A stretch of DNA of 64,000 nucleotides from an uncultured Actinomycetota bacterium (GCA_963705885.1 OY970120.1:3563876-3627875); one strand, 5' to 3'; shown: positions 8,440-17,964, counted from the stretch's first letter. The notes: generated from the letters alone by a model not told the origin. Program-made: numbers and translations.

Positions 8440-9717
8440 ATGTCCGAGCCGTGGCCGGCCCCCGTCGCCGACGATCCGGTACGGGCCTCCGTGCGGCTGC
8501 CCGGCTCGAAGTCGCAGACCAACCGCGCGCTGGTCCTGGCGGCGCTCGGCAGCGGCACCTGCCGCCTGACGTCCCCGCTGCGCAGCCGCGACACCGCGCT
8601 GATGGCCGCCGGGCTGCGCGCCCTGGGCGCCCGCGTCGACGACGCCGGCGACGACTGGCTGGTGGAGCCCGGCCCGCTGCACGGCCCGGCCGACGTGGAC
8701 GTGGGCAACGCCGGCACGGTGATGCGCTTCCTGCCGCCCGTGGCCGCTCTCGCCGCGGGCGACGTCCGGTTCGACGGCGACCCCCGCTCGCACGAGCGAC
8801 CGCTGGCGCCCGTCGTGCACGCCCTGCGGTCGCTCGGGGTCGACGTCGAGGCCCGGCACGACCGGCTGCCGCTGACCGTGCACGGCCGCGGCTGGGTGCT
8901 CGGGGGCCGCGTCGCCGTCGACGCGTCGATGTCCTCGCAGTTCGTCAGCGCGCTGCTGCTGGCAGCGCCGCGCTTCGCCGACGCCTGCGAGATCCGCCAC
9001 ACCGGCCCGCGCGTGCCCTCGGGGGCGCACATCGACATGACGGTGGAGATGCTGCGCGCGGCTGGCGCCATCGTCGAGCACGTGGACGCCGTGACCTGGC
9101 GCGTGGAGCCGGGCCCCCTCCACACGGACCGTCAGGTGATCGAGCCGGACCTGTCCAACGCGGCGGCCTTCCTCGCGGCGGCCGTCGTCACGGGCGGCGT
9201 GGTCACCGTCCCGGGCTGGCCGGCGCGCACGACGCAGGCGGGCGACGCCCTGCGCCGGATCCTCCCGCGGTTCGGCGCCCAGGTGCACCTCGACGAGGAC
9301 GGGCTGACGGTCACCGGCCCCGACCGCGTGCTGGGCGTCGACCTCGACCTCGGTGCCGTGGGCGAGCTGGCGCCGGTGCTCACCGCCGTCGCCGCGTTCG
9401 CGGAGGGACCGTCGCGGCTGCGCGGCATCGGCCACCTCCGCCACCACGAGACGGACCGGCTGAGCGCCTTGAGCACCGAGATCAACGGGCTCGGTGGCGA
9501 CGTGCGCGAGACCGACGACGGGCTGCAGGTGCGGCCCCGGCCGCTGCACGGCGGGGTCTTCGCGACCTACGAGGACCACCGGCTGGCCACGACGGCGGCC
9601 GTGATCGGGCTGTGCGTGCCCGGCGTCGAGGTCGAGGACGTCGCCACGACCGCCAAGACCCTGCCCGGCTTCGTAAACCTGTGGGACGCGATGCTCGCCG
9701 GCCGGGCCCCCGCGTGA
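8440..9717 (+). CDS. aroA: 3-phosphoshikimate 1-carboxyvinyltransferase
   Basis: 425 aa with [46 protein letters not shown] and KTLPGF motifs. Confidence 0.95.
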   Translation: MSEPWPAPVADDPVRASVRLPGSKSQTNRALVLAALGSGTCRLTSPLRSRDTALMAAGLRALGARVDDAGDDWLVEPGPLHGPADVDVGNAGTVMRFLPPVAALAAGDVRFDGDPRSHERPLAPVVHALRSLGVDVEARHDRLPLTVHGRGWVLGGRVAVDASMSSQFVSALLLAAPRFADACEIRHTGPRVPSGAHIDMTVEMLRAAGAIVEHVDAVTWRVEPGPLHTDRQVIEPDLSNAAAFLAAAVVTGGVVTVPGWPARTTQAGDALRRILPRFGAQVHLDEDGLTVTGPDRVLGVDLDLGAVGELAPVLTAVAAFAEGPSRLRGIGHLRHHETDRLSALSTEINGLGGDVRETDDGLQVRPRPLHGGVFATYEDHRLATTAAVIGLCVPGVEVEDVATTAKTLPGFVNLWDAMLAGRAPA

Positions 9718-10710
9718 GCCCGACGGGCCGGCGGCGCGAGCTGGACGAGGACGACGTACGGGTGCGGCCGTCGCGACGGTCGCGACCGCGCAGCAAGGAG
9801 CGACCCGCGCACGACGACGCGGTCATCGGCATCGTCGTCGCGGTCGACCGGGGCCGGTGCACCTGCCGCATCGACGAGCGCGAAGTCGTGGCGATGAAGG
9901 CCCGCGAGCTGGGCCGGCGCAGCGTCGTCGTCGGCGACCGCGTCGCGCTCGTCGGGGACGTGTCCGGGACGACGGACACCCTGGCCCGCATCGTCCGGGT
10001 GGAGCCGCGCTCGTCGTCGCTGCGGCGCACGGCGGACGACACCGACCCGGTCGAGCGCGTGATCGTCGCCAACGCCGACCAGCTGGTCGTGGTCACCGCC
10101 CTCGCCGACCCCGCCCCGCGGCTGCGCCTGGTCGACCGCTGCCTCGTCGCGGCCTACGACGCCGGCCTGCGGCCGCTGCTCTGCCTGACGAAGGCCGACC
10201 TGGCATCCCCGGACGAGGTCCTCGAGACCTACCGCGCCCTCGACGTCGACCACGTGGTGGTGCGCCGTGACGAGGCGCTCGACGAGCTGACGAGCCACCT
10301 GCGGGACCGCGTGAGCGTCATGGTCGGCCACTCCGGCGTCGGCAAGTCGACGATGGTCAACGCCCTGGTGCCCGGCGCGGACCGGGCGACGGGCAGCGTG
10401 AACCTCGTCACCGGCCGCGGCCGGCACACGTCGTCGTCGGCGATCGCGCTCGAGCTGCCCGGGCGGCGGCTGGGTCATCGACACCCCCGGGCTGCGCAGC
10501 TTCGGGCTCGCGCACGTCGACCTCGACCGCGTCATCGGCGCGTTCCCCGACCTCGAGCCCGGCACCGTCGACTGCCCGCGGTCCTGCACGCACGACGAGC
10601 CCGAGTGCGCGCTGGACGACTGGGTGGCGGCCGGCCACAGCGACCCGGCGCGCCTCGTGTCACTGCGCCGGCTGCTGAGCAGCCGCGACCAGGAGGACGA
10701 CGGCGCCTAG
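9714..10710 (+). pseudogene. rsgA: Ribosome small-subunit biogenesis GTPase RsgA, interrupted by a 1-nt frameshift near 10461-10470
   Basis: The GTG at 9714 overlaps the aroA TGA. Frame 1 gives the OB and GTPase parts (NADQLVVV, LTKADL, GHSGVGKSTMVNAL, GRGRHTS) up to ...AIALELPG. The conserved continuation lies in the +1 frame and ends at TAG 10708-10710. It reads GWVIDTPGLRSFGLAHVD...DCPRSCTHDEPECALDDWV. The total span is 997 nt, which is 3n+1. Confidence 0.75.
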
Positions 10711-10723
10711 CGGTGCGGCGCCG

Positions 10724-11200
10724 TCACTTGCAGGCGTCGGAGCCGATCGTGCAGCTCCAGACCGCGGTCGAACCGAGGTGGCCGACGCGGGTCACGACGC
10801 CGGCCGCGACACCGGCGGCGAGCACGGCGAGGACCGCGACCACGGTGAGGGCGCGGCCCGCGACCCGCCGGCGGGTCATGAGGACGAGTGCGACGGCCAG
10901 CAGCCACATCGCGGCCGTCGGGTAGATGACCAGGTCGCCGAGGTCGGCGTGCTCGTCGATCTGGCGCTTGACCACCCCGCCGGCACCGATGCGGTCCTCG
11001 AGCTCGTCCCCGCTGCGGGTCGCGACCGGGACCATGGCCAGCCCGGCGGTCGCGACCGCCAGCACGAGCGGTCCGAACCGTCCCCGCCACCGGGGCACGA
11101 CGGCGATGGCGGCGACGCCCAGCGCCGCGACCGGCACCAGGACGACGACCGCGTGGACGACGAGCGCGTGGACCGGGAGCCCCAGGACGGTGTCGAACAC
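10724..11200 (-). CDS. DUF2231-like multi-pass membrane protein
   Basis: 158 aa: [27 protein letters not shown], four hydrophobic segments, and a C-terminal CTIGSDAC. Confidence 0.75.
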   Translation of the reverse strand: MFDTVLGLPVHALVVHAVVVLVPVAALGVAAIAVVPRWRGRFGPLVLAVATAGLAMVPVATRSGDELEDRIGAGGVVKRQIDEHADLGDLVIYPTAAMWLLAVALVLMTRRRVAGRALTVVAVLAVLAAGVAAGVVTRVGHLGSTAVWSCTIGSDACK

Positions 11201-11262
11201 AGATCAACTCTGCCACCGGGCGACCGCGGGCGCGGTCACCGGAAGGTCACGACTTGCCGGTG

Positions 11263-11655
11263 TCAGCCGGCTGCGGCGTCGACCGGCCGGCTGCCGAGGC
11301 GGGTGCGCAGGCGCGCCCGGTGCTTGTCGATCCCACGGGTGTGGTGGACGTACTCGGGCCAGCGGGAGGCCGGGTGAGCGAGCCACGCCTCGCAGACGGA
11401 CAGCGCGGGACCCGGCTCGTCGGAGCGCTCGAGCAGCACGGCCGCACGCTCGTAGGTGTAGGGGGTGTCGACCTCGACGGCGACACCGTGCAGAAGCGTC
11501 TCGAGCTCGCGCAGGTCGGGCCGGGCGAGCCGGGTGCTCAGCTTCGTGGCCAGCGGCGTGCCGGCCAGGGTCCAGCCGTCGATGGAGAAGCGTGGCACCG
11601 GGATCGCGGCAGGCTCGATGTCGTGCAGCGTGCCGCGACGGCGGAACAGGTGCAT
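11263..11655 (-). CDS. Hypothetical protein
   Basis: 130-aa ORF with ordinary amino-acid composition. It fills the gap between the DUF2231 gene and hisN. No family recognised. Confidence 0.45.
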   Translation of the reverse strand: MHLFRRRGTLHDIEPAAIPVPRFSIDGWTLAGTPLATKLSTRLARPDLRELETLLHGVAVEVDTPYTYERAAVLLERSDEPGPALSVCEAWLAHPASRWPEYVHHTRGIDKHRARLRTRLGSRPVDAAAG

Positions 11656-11745
11656 GCCGACCCCCCATGCCGTCGCGGGACCTCCGGACTAGGAAGTATG
11701 CGGCGGTCCCGGGCCGAACCACCAGAGACTTGTACGGTTCGTTAC

Positions 11746-12528
11746 ATGACGGCGTATGACGACGACCTCCGGCTGGCGCACGTCCTCGCCGACACCGCGG
11801 ACTCGGTGACGATGTCGCGCTTCCGCGCCCTGGACCTCGTCGTCGAGACCAAGCCCGACCTGACTCCGGTCTCCGACGCCGACAAGCGCGTCGAGGAGGC
11901 CATCAGGTCGACCCTCGGCCGGGCCCGCCCCCGTGACGCGGTGCACGGCGAGGAGATGCCCGACACCGGCCACGGGCCGCGCCGCTGGGTGGTCGACCCG
12001 ATCGACGGCACGAAGAACTTCGTCCGCGGGGTGCCGGTCTGGGCGACCCTGATCGCCCTCATGGACGGGGACGCCGTCGTGTCCGGACTCGTCTCCGCCC
12101 CTTCCCTCGGCCGCCGCTGGTGGGCGGGCTCCGGGTCCGGCGCCTGGACCGGCAAGAGCCTCACCTCGGCCAGCCGGATGGCCGTCTCGAAGGTGGACAG
12201 CATCACCGACGCCTCCTTCTCGTACTCCAGCCTCTCCGGCTGGCACGACCTCGGGCGCGAGGACGCCTTCCTCGGCCTGACCCGTGACGTGTGGCGCACA
12301 CGCGCCTACGGCGACTTCTGGTCGTACATGCTCGTGGCCGAGGGCGCCGTCGACGTCGCGGCCGAGCCGGAGGTCGCGCTGCACGACCTGGCGGCGCCGT
12401 CGATCATCGTCACCGAGGCCGGCGGTCGCTTCACCGACCTCGCCGGCGCGGACGGTCCTTCCGGCGGGAGTGCCGTCGCGACCAACGGGCTCCTGCACGA
12501 CGAGGTGGTGCAGCGCCTGTCGGTCTGA
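11746..12528 (+). CDS. hisN: Histidinol-phosphatase, inositol monophosphatase family
   Basis: [26 protein letters not shown] ... [10 protein letters not shown] ... [25 protein letters not shown]. The ATG is in frame in track ORF 11254..12528. Confidence 0.85.
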   Translation: MTAYDDDLRLAHVLADTADSVTMSRFRALDLVVETKPDLTPVSDADKRVEEAIRSTLGRARPRDAVHGEEMPDTGHGPRRWVVDPIDGTKNFVRGVPVWATLIALMDGDAVVSGLVSAPSLGRRWWAGSGSGAWTGKSLTSASRMAVSKVDSITDASFSYSSLSGWHDLGREDAFLGLTRDVWRTRAYGDFWSYMLVAEGAVDVAAEPEVALHDLAAPSIIVTEAGGRFTDLAGADGPSGGSAVATNGLLHDEVVQRLSV

Positions 12529-12542
12529 GCGCGCTCAGACCG
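12521..12542. terminator. 22-nt perfect palindrome spanning both convergent stop codons (hisN / MFS)
   Basis: CGGTCTGAGCGCGCTCAGACCG contains the hisN TGA (12526-12528) and the MFS stop (12535-12537). Confidence 0.5.
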
Positions 12543-13773
12543 TGACGACGGCGTCGTGGGGGGCCGCGGCCCGGCGCAGGCCGCGAACGCTCGGGAGGAG
12601 AAGGGCCGCCAGCGTCGCCACCAGCATCACCGCTGCGCAGCCGACGATCGTGCGGCTCAGCCCGGCAACCGACGCGAGCGGCCCGGCCGCGATCTGCCCG
12701 AGCGGGATGAACACCAGCGAGCCGAACCAGTCGTAGGCGTAGACGCGGCTGAGCCGGTCCTCCGGCACGTTGGACTGCAGCGCGACGTCCCAGGCGACGG
12801 CGAAGGTCTCCATCCCGAGCCCGCTCAGGAAGGCGGCGGCGAGCAGCAGCACGACGCCCGGTCGCAGACCGAGGACGAAGAGCAACGGTGTCGTGAGCAG
12901 CATCGCCACCATGCCGACGTACAGCGGCCGGTCCCACCGGCTGCGCATGGCGACGAGCCCGCCGCCGACCATGCCCACGGCCTGCGCCGCCAGGACCGTG
13001 CCCCACGCCGCCCGACCGATCGTGTCGTCGGCGACGATCGGGCCCAGCGTGGCGAACCCCGCGGCGAACCCGGCGTTGACGAACGCGAACACCACGACGA
13101 CCGCCCAGACCCACGTGCGGCTGACGAACTCGCCCCAGCCCTCGCGCAGCTCCTGCAGCGTGTTGCTCGACGCGACCCGGGCCTTGCGCGAGATCGGGAG
13201 GCGGGAGAGCAGCACGGCGCCGACGACGTAGAGGCCGGAGTCGACCGCGAAGGCCCAACCCGACCCGAACACGGCGACGAGGAGGCCTCCGCCGGCCGCG
13301 CCGGTGATGAAGGCGACGTTGTGACCCATGCGCAGCATGGCGTTGGCGGGCTGCAGCTGCGACGAGGGGACGGTCTGCGGGGTGAGCCCCGACGCGGCCG
13401 GGAAGAGGAAGGCGCTCGCCGAGCCGTTGACGACCTCGATCGCGGCGAGCATCCAGATCTCGGCCGAGCCGGTGAGCAGCAGCACCGCGACGAGTGCCTG
13501 CGTGCTCGCGCCGACCACGTTGGCGACGACGAGGACGAGGTGACGCGGCAGGCGGTCCGCGATGACGCCGCCGACGAGGATCAGCACGACGGTCGGGATC
13601 GCGCGCGCCGCGAGCACGAGGCCGAGCTGTGACGGCGACCCACCGAGATCGAGGACCGCGAACGCGAGCGCGATCGGCGCGATGGCGTGGGCCAGGTTGT
13701 CGGCGAGCCGCCCGACCAGGAGCAGCCGGAACGCGCGGAAGGACAGCGGCTGCATCGCCGCGCGCCAGGTCAT
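12535..13773 (-). CDS. MFS transporter
   Basis: 412 aa with about 12 hydrophobic segments. N-terminus FRAFRLLLVGRLADNLAHAIAPIALAFAVL. 4-nt overlap with the upstream ArsR gene. Confidence 0.85.
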   Translation of the reverse strand: MTWRAAMQPLSFRAFRLLLVGRLADNLAHAIAPIALAFAVLDLGGSPSQLGLVLAARAIPTVVLILVGGVIADRLPRHLVLVVANVVGASTQALVAVLLLTGSAEIWMLAAIEVVNGSASAFLFPAASGLTPQTVPSSQLQPANAMLRMGHNVAFITGAAGGGLLVAVFGSGWAFAVDSGLYVVGAVLLSRLPISRKARVASSNTLQELREGWGEFVSRTWVWAVVVVFAFVNAGFAAGFATLGPIVADDTIGRAAWGTVLAAQAVGMVGGGLVAMRSRWDRPLYVGMVAMLLTTPLLFVLGLRPGVVLLLAAAFLSGLGMETFAVAWDVALQSNVPEDRLSRVYAYDWFGSLVFIPLGQIAAGPLASVAGLSRTIVGCAAVMLVATLAALLLPSVRGLRRAAAPHDAVVTV

Positions 13774-14300
13774 CGGTCGTCCCGCATCAGGAACAGCGCG
13801 GTCGTGATGCTCACGTGCACGGTGCCCTCGTCACGGGGTCGGCGCGCGGCGCGGTGCAGGTCGGAGACCGCGTCGGCCACCCGGCGCACCGCGTCGTCCC
13901 AGGCATCGGCGGCCACCCAGAGCTCGGCGTCGCTGCTGGTGCCACGCGCACCGGGCTGCCAGTGCGCCGACCGGCGCACCAGCTCGCCGGCGACCGCCTG
14001 GTAGTAGGCGGGGGCGTCGTCGGGGCCCTCGGCCGTGGCTCCGGGTGCGTCGACGTCGTAGCGGTAGCGCTTGGCCTTCCCGCCGCGAACCGACTCCTCC
14101 TCGGCGACGACGAGCAGCCGTGCATCGCGCAGCTGGCGCAGGTGGTAGCTCGCGTTGGCGTGGGTCAGGTCGAGCTCGCGGGCCACCTCCGCCGCCGACA
14201 TGGCGGTGCCGGTGAGCATCGACAGCATCCGCAGCCGGAGCGGGTGGGCCATCGCGCGAAGCGCCGCGACCCGCCCGGCGTCACTGACTCCCGAAGACAT
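13770..14300 (-). CDS. ArsR family transcriptional regulator
   Basis: ALRAMAHPLRLRMLSMLTGTAMSAAEVARELDLTHANASYHLRQLRDARLL is a winged HTH. It is translationally coupled to the MFS gene. Confidence 0.85.
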   Translation of the reverse strand: MSSGVSDAGRVAALRAMAHPLRLRMLSMLTGTAMSAAEVARELDLTHANASYHLRQLRDARLLVVAEEESVRGGKAKRYRYDVDAPGATAEGPDDAPAYYQAVAGELVRRSAHWQPGARGTSSDAELWVAADAWDDAVRRVADAVSDLHRAARRPRDEGTVHVSITTALFLMRDDR

Positions 14301-14307
14301 GTTGGGG

Positions 14308-14337
14308 AGTATCCGCCCTGACCTCCGCGACTGTCAA
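14308..14337 (-). promoter_or_regulatory. Candidate promoter of the arsR-MFS operon (TTGACA-N18-GATACT), probably leaderless, flanked by ACTCCCCAAC direct repeats
   Basis: The minus strand reads TTGACA (14337-14332), 18 nt, GATACT (14313-14308), 7 nt, ATG. The 10-mer ACTCCCCAAC occurs at 14353-14344 and again at 14310-14301, the latter overlapping the -10 and start. Confidence 0.4.
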
Positions 14338-14381
14338 GCATTCGTTGGGGAGTCGTACCGCCCCGTCGTCCCCGCCGCTCG

Positions 14382-14471
14382 CAGTCGACCACGTACGGGA
14401 GGCGGGTGATCACCTCGGCAGGCGTACACGCCTCCCGAAGGGACCACCTGCCTGCCTTACGTGGTCGACTG
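14382..14471. terminator. Nested inverted repeat / strong hairpin downstream of the 14457-15260 gene
   Basis: The outer 14-nt arms are CAGTCGACCACGTA (14382-14395) and TACGTGGTCGACTG (14458-14471). The inner 9-nt arms are CGGGAGGCG (14396-14404) and CGCCTCCCG (14429-14437). Confidence 0.5.
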
Positions 14472-15260
14472 CGGCCGGGCGCGTCGGAGGCGGGTGACGG
14501 CGGCGAGGACCGAGGGGCCGGCCAGCACGGCGGCGAGGTCGAACCAGCCGTAGCCGCCCGCCGCGCCGGACGGGGGGTTCCCGATCGACACGATGCCGGT
14601 GGGGTCGTGGGCCTGCCACTCCCAGGTCCCCAGCCAGGTGCCGAGGATCTCCAGGTAGGTCACGACCACGAACGCGCCGACGTAGAGCCCGCGGGAGCGG
14701 CCCCAGAGCAGGAAGCCGGCCAGGCAGGCGAACCAGAACGCCCCGAGCGCGTCGGGCCGGGAGGACAGGAGCAGCCCCCAGGCGGCGTACGCCCCACCGG
14801 CGACGACGGTCAGCGCCACGCAGGCGGGCAACCGGCTGCGCACCCACGCGCTGCGGCCCATCGCCAGGGCGCAGAGGTAGACCAGCCCGTGACCCGGCGG
14901 TACGAACGCCGGGACGTTCTCGAGGCGGTAGACGTAGACCTCGAGGAACGGCGAGAACGTGTACTCGACGGCGGTCGCGAACACGACCACGACCGCCACC
15001 TGTGCCCGGACCAGCGGGGCCTCGCGGCGCAGCAGGGCCAGCAGCAGCGCCCACGTCCCGAGCCCGAGCAGCCGCTGCCACCAGATGCCGGCGCCGCGGT
15101 CGAGCAGGAGGACGAGCGGCACCCAGGTCATCGTCAGCGCGACCGGCGGGTCGAGCCCGACCGGCACTCTCGCCGGCCACCCCCTCCCGGCGCGGACGGG
15201 TCGCGCCGGGGCCTCGGGACCGTCGACGGCGTCGGGCCGGGTGAGGGCCTCGGTGCTCAC
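14457..15260 (-). CDS. Hypothetical multi-pass membrane protein
   Basis: 267-aa ORF with at least 6 hydrophobic segments (WVPLVLLLDRGAG, LGTWALLLALL, VAVVVVFATAVEY, GLVYLCALAMG). Start uncertain. Confidence 0.6.
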   Translation of the reverse strand: MSTEALTRPDAVDGPEAPARPVRAGRGWPARVPVGLDPPVALTMTWVPLVLLLDRGAGIWWQRLLGLGTWALLLALLRREAPLVRAQVAVVVVFATAVEYTFSPFLEVYVYRLENVPAFVPPGHGLVYLCALAMGRSAWVRSRLPACVALTVVAGGAYAAWGLLLSSRPDALGAFWFACLAGFLLWGRSRGLYVGAFVVVTYLEILGTWLGTWEWQAHDPTGIVSIGNPPSGAAGGYGWFDLAAVLAGPSVLAAVTRLRRARPQSTT

Positions 15261-15287
15261 CGCATCGAGTATGTCAGCGGGCGACGG

Positions 15288-15857
15288 TCAGGCCCGCGGG
15301 TCGCCCTGGCCGGGTGTCAGCGCCTCGCCGTCGCGCCGCGACTTGCCGACGGAGTCGGGGTCGCCCTCCTGCGGCTCGCGCTCCTTGGCGCGGAGCAGGA
15401 TCGCGGCAACGGAGAGCACCAGCACGAGCACCCCGAGAACCCCCACCTCGATCATCGAGTCGCGGAACTCGTCGCCCTTGCCGATGACGTCGGCGGCCTC
15501 GACGGACAGCACGATGATCTCCTTGATCGAGGCGATGATGCCCACGACGAGGAACGGCTCGGCGACGACCTCGCGCTTGCCGAGGATCACCCGCACGGCG
15601 AAGAGCAGCTCGACGACGATGAACACGAGCAGCAGCGTGTCGAGGATCGACAGCGCCACCTCGCTGGCCGCCTCGTCGCCCCCGAGGTCGAACAGGCCGC
15701 GCCCTGCCGAGACGAGCAGCGCACCCGCGGCGATCGACAGGATGATGGCGATGCCGACGTAGATGACGTCCTCGGTGATCGCGAGGAGGGCGTTGCCGAT
15801 GCGGACGTAGCGCGGCGGCTCCTCGTCGGAGCCGTCCTTGCCCCGCTGGCCTGTCAC
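15288..15857 (-). CDS. PsiE-like (phosphate-starvation-inducible E family) membrane protein
   Basis: GTG at 15857. Contains ILDTLLLVFIVVELLFAVRVIL ... VVGIIASIKEIIVL, as I recall for the PsiE family. The track ORF (to 16250) is over-extended. Confidence 0.65.
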   Translation of the reverse strand: MTGQRGKDGSDEEPPRYVRIGNALLAITEDVIYVGIAIILSIAAGALLVSAGRGLFDLGGDEAASEVALSILDTLLLVFIVVELLFAVRVILGKREVVAEPFLVVGIIASIKEIIVLSVEAADVIGKGDEFRDSMIEVGVLGVLVLVLSVAAILLRAKEREPQEGDPDSVGKSRRDGEALTPGQGDPRA

Positions 15858-15865
15858 CCGGGCCG

Positions 15866-16102
15866 TCAGGCCACTCGGCCGGTCCGGCGACGGCGCGCTG
15901 CCGGGGCCGGGGCCGGGGAGGGCAGGTCGAAGCCGACGAAGAGCCCGACGCCGCACCGCACGCACACCCGCTCGGGGCAGTCGGCGCCGTGCTCGTCGGT
16001 GCAGTCGGGCCGCTCGAGGAAGACGTCGTCGGCGCAGCTGGGGCACCAGCGCACGACGTCGAGGTGGAGCGCGGCGCGTCGTGGGGCCGCGGAACCTGTC
16101 AT
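15866..16102 (-). CDS. Small Cys-rich (zinc-ribbon-like) protein
   Basis: 78 aa from MTGSAAP, with CPSC ... C ... C ... CVRC spacing. Its stop lies 8 nt before the PsiE-like start. Confidence 0.5.
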   Translation of the reverse strand: MTGSAAPRRAALHLDVVRWCPSCADDVFLERPDCTDEHGADCPERVCVRCGVGLFVGFDLPSPAPAPAARRRRTGRVA

Positions 16103-16243
16103 GCCCGACACGGTGACACGCCCCCCGGACACAACCGCGGAGGCGGGCGGCGTGTCGGGCGCTTTGTCGACAAACCGGTCCCGCTCCACCGCGAACCGGC
16201 AGGTCCCTGGTGTGAGAGCCCCCGGACGGGCGATCATGTCTGC

Positions 16244-17188
16244 ATGCCACAGAGCGTCTGGAAGGGAGCCATCTCCTTCGGGCTGGTCTCCATCCCCGTC
16301 CGCCTGTTCTCCGCGACCGAGGAGAAGGACATCTCCTTCCGCCAGGTCCACCGCGAGGACGGCGGGCGCATCCGCTACAAGCGGGTGTGCTCCATCGACG
16401 GCGAGGAGGTGCCCTACGGCGACATCGCCAAGGGCTACGAGCTCCCCGACGGCGAGATGGTCGTGCTCGACGACGACGACTTCGCGAACCTGCCGATCAC
16501 GAGCTCGCGGTCGGTCGAGGTCCTCAGCTTCGTGCCCGCCGACCAGATCGACGCCGTGCAGATGGGCAAGCCCTACTACTGCGACCCGACCGGCGCCGAC
16601 GCCAAGCCCTACGTCCTGCTGCGCGACTCGCTGGAGAAGGCCGACCGTGTGGCGGTGGTGAAGGTCGCCCTGCGGCAGCGCGAGCGGCTGGCGATGCTGC
16701 GCGCGCGGGACGGCGTCCTCATCCTGCAGACCCTGCTGTGGCCCGACGAGGTGCGCACGCCCCGGCTGGAGTTCCAGGACCAGGACGTGACCGTTCGCCA
16801 GCAGGAGCTCGCCATGGCCGAGTCCTACATCTCGGCGCTCTCCGGCGACTTCGAGCCCGGCGAGTTCGCCGACGGCTACCGCGAGGCGCTCGAGGAGGTC
16901 ATCAACGACAAGGTCGCCGGCCGCGAGGTCAAGGCTCCGGCCGAGGCGCCGGAGTCGACCGGCCAGGTCGTGGACCTCATGGAGGCGCTGCGCCGCAGCG
17001 TGGCCGAGGCCAAGGCAAAGCGCGGCGAGGGCGACGGCGGCGAGGCCGGCACCGCGAAGAAGTCCGCGGCGGGCAAGGCCAAGAAGGCGGCATCCAAGAA
17101 GTCCTCGACCAAGAAGAGCGCCGCCCGGAAGTCTGCGACGGCCAAGAAGTCGACCGCCAAGAAGAGCGCCGCCCGGCGTACCGCCTAG
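16244..17188 (+). CDS. ku: Ku protein (NHEJ DNA end-binding) with Lys/Ala-rich C-terminal tail
   Basis: MPQSVWKGAISFGLVSIPVRLFSAT ... RIRYKRVC ... GKPYY. The C-terminal tail reads KKSAAGKAKKAASKKSSTKKSAARKSATAKKSTAKKSAARR. Confidence 0.92.
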   Translation: MPQSVWKGAISFGLVSIPVRLFSATEEKDISFRQVHREDGGRIRYKRVCSIDGEEVPYGDIAKGYELPDGEMVVLDDDDFANLPITSSRSVEVLSFVPADQIDAVQMGKPYYCDPTGADAKPYVLLRDSLEKADRVAVVKVALRQRERLAMLRARDGVLILQTLLWPDEVRTPRLEFQDQDVTVRQQELAMAESYISALSGDFEPGEFADGYREALEEVINDKVAGREVKAPAEAPESTGQVVDLMEALRRSVAEAKAKRGEGDGGEAGTAKKSAAGKAKKAASKKSSTKKSAARKSATAKKSTAKKSAARRTA

Positions 17189-17196
17189 GAGGCACC

Positions 17197-17919
17197 GTGC
17201 CCGAGTCCACCGACGGGCCGGACCTGTCCGGCCTGCGCGCGATCTACCTCAACTGCACCCTCAAGCCCTCCCCCGCCGTGTCCCACACGGCAGGGCTCAT
17301 GGCCAACAGCGTGGCGATCATGCGCGCGCAGGGGGTGCACGTCGACGAGGTGCGCGCCGTCGACCACGAGCTCGCGCCCGGCGTGCAGCCGGACATGCGC
17401 GAGCACGGTGCGGAGCGGGACGACTGGCCGGCGATCTACGAGACGGTGAAGGCAGCCGACATCATCGTCCTCGGCACGCCCATCTGGCTCGGCGACAAGA
17501 GCAGCGTGTGCACGCGCGTGGTCGAGCGGCTGTACGCGAACTCGGCCGAGCTCAACGACCGCGGCCAGTACGCCTACTACGGCAAGGTCGGCGGGGTGAT
17601 CGTCACCGGCAACGAGGACGGCATCAAGCACGTCGCGATGAACGTCCTCTACTCGCTGCAGCACCTGGGATGCACGATCCCGCCCCAGGCCGACGCGGGC
17701 TGGATCGGGGAGGCCGGCCCCGGGCCGAGCTACCTCGACGAGGGATCCGGGGGCCCGGACAACGACTTCACCCGCCGCAACACGGCGTTCATGACGTGGA
17801 ACCTCATGCACCTGGCGAAGATGCTCAAGGACGCCGGCGGGGTCCCCGCCCACGGCAACCAGCGCACCGAGTGGGACGCGGGGGCACGCTTCGACCACCC
17901 CAACCCCGAGTACCGCTGA
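17197..17919 (+). CDS. Flavodoxin-like fold NAD(P)H-dependent FMN reductase family protein
   Basis: GTG preceded by AGGAGG. Contains IYLNCTLKPSP ... ADIIVLGTPIWLGDKSS ... GKVGGVIVTGNEDG. Confidence 0.8.
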   Translation: MPESTDGPDLSGLRAIYLNCTLKPSPAVSHTAGLMANSVAIMRAQGVHVDEVRAVDHELAPGVQPDMREHGAERDDWPAIYETVKAADIIVLGTPIWLGDKSSVCTRVVERLYANSAELNDRGQYAYYGKVGGVIVTGNEDGIKHVAMNVLYSLQHLGCTIPPQADAGWIGEAGPGPSYLDEGSGGPDNDFTRRNTAFMTWNLMHLAKMLKDAGGVPAHGNQRTEWDAGARFDHPNPEYR

Positions 17920-17964
17920 GCCGGCGGCGGAATGCCTCGGCGGGCCTGCGCGCTGAGGTGACCC

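Noticed and set aside
8271-10925. An 884-aa ORF, the longest in the track, that is very Arg/Pro/Gly-rich
   Set aside because: Most of it is an out-of-frame read through aroA, typical of open alternative frames in high-GC DNA. Only the part from 9714 is meaningful (rsgA). After about 10462 it is again the wrong frame.
16163-16174. TTTGTCGACAAA upstream of ku as a possible LexA/SOS box
   Set aside because: It does not match the actinobacterial LexA consensus TCGAAC-N4-GTTCGA. My scan of TCGAAC occurrences in the window found no full box. It is kept only as a generic palindrome.
14406-16661. A 751-aa plus-strand ORF spanning four annotated genes
   Set aside because: It is antisense to the membrane protein, the PsiE-like gene and the zinc-ribbon gene, and out of frame with ku. 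Its composition (runs of R, G, P, D, E) is not protein-like.
17060-17188. Lys/Ala-rich repeats at the ku 3' end as a separate histone-like gene or repeat element
   Set aside because: They are in frame and continuous with ku. Basic C-terminal tails are a known feature of actinobacterial Ku proteins.
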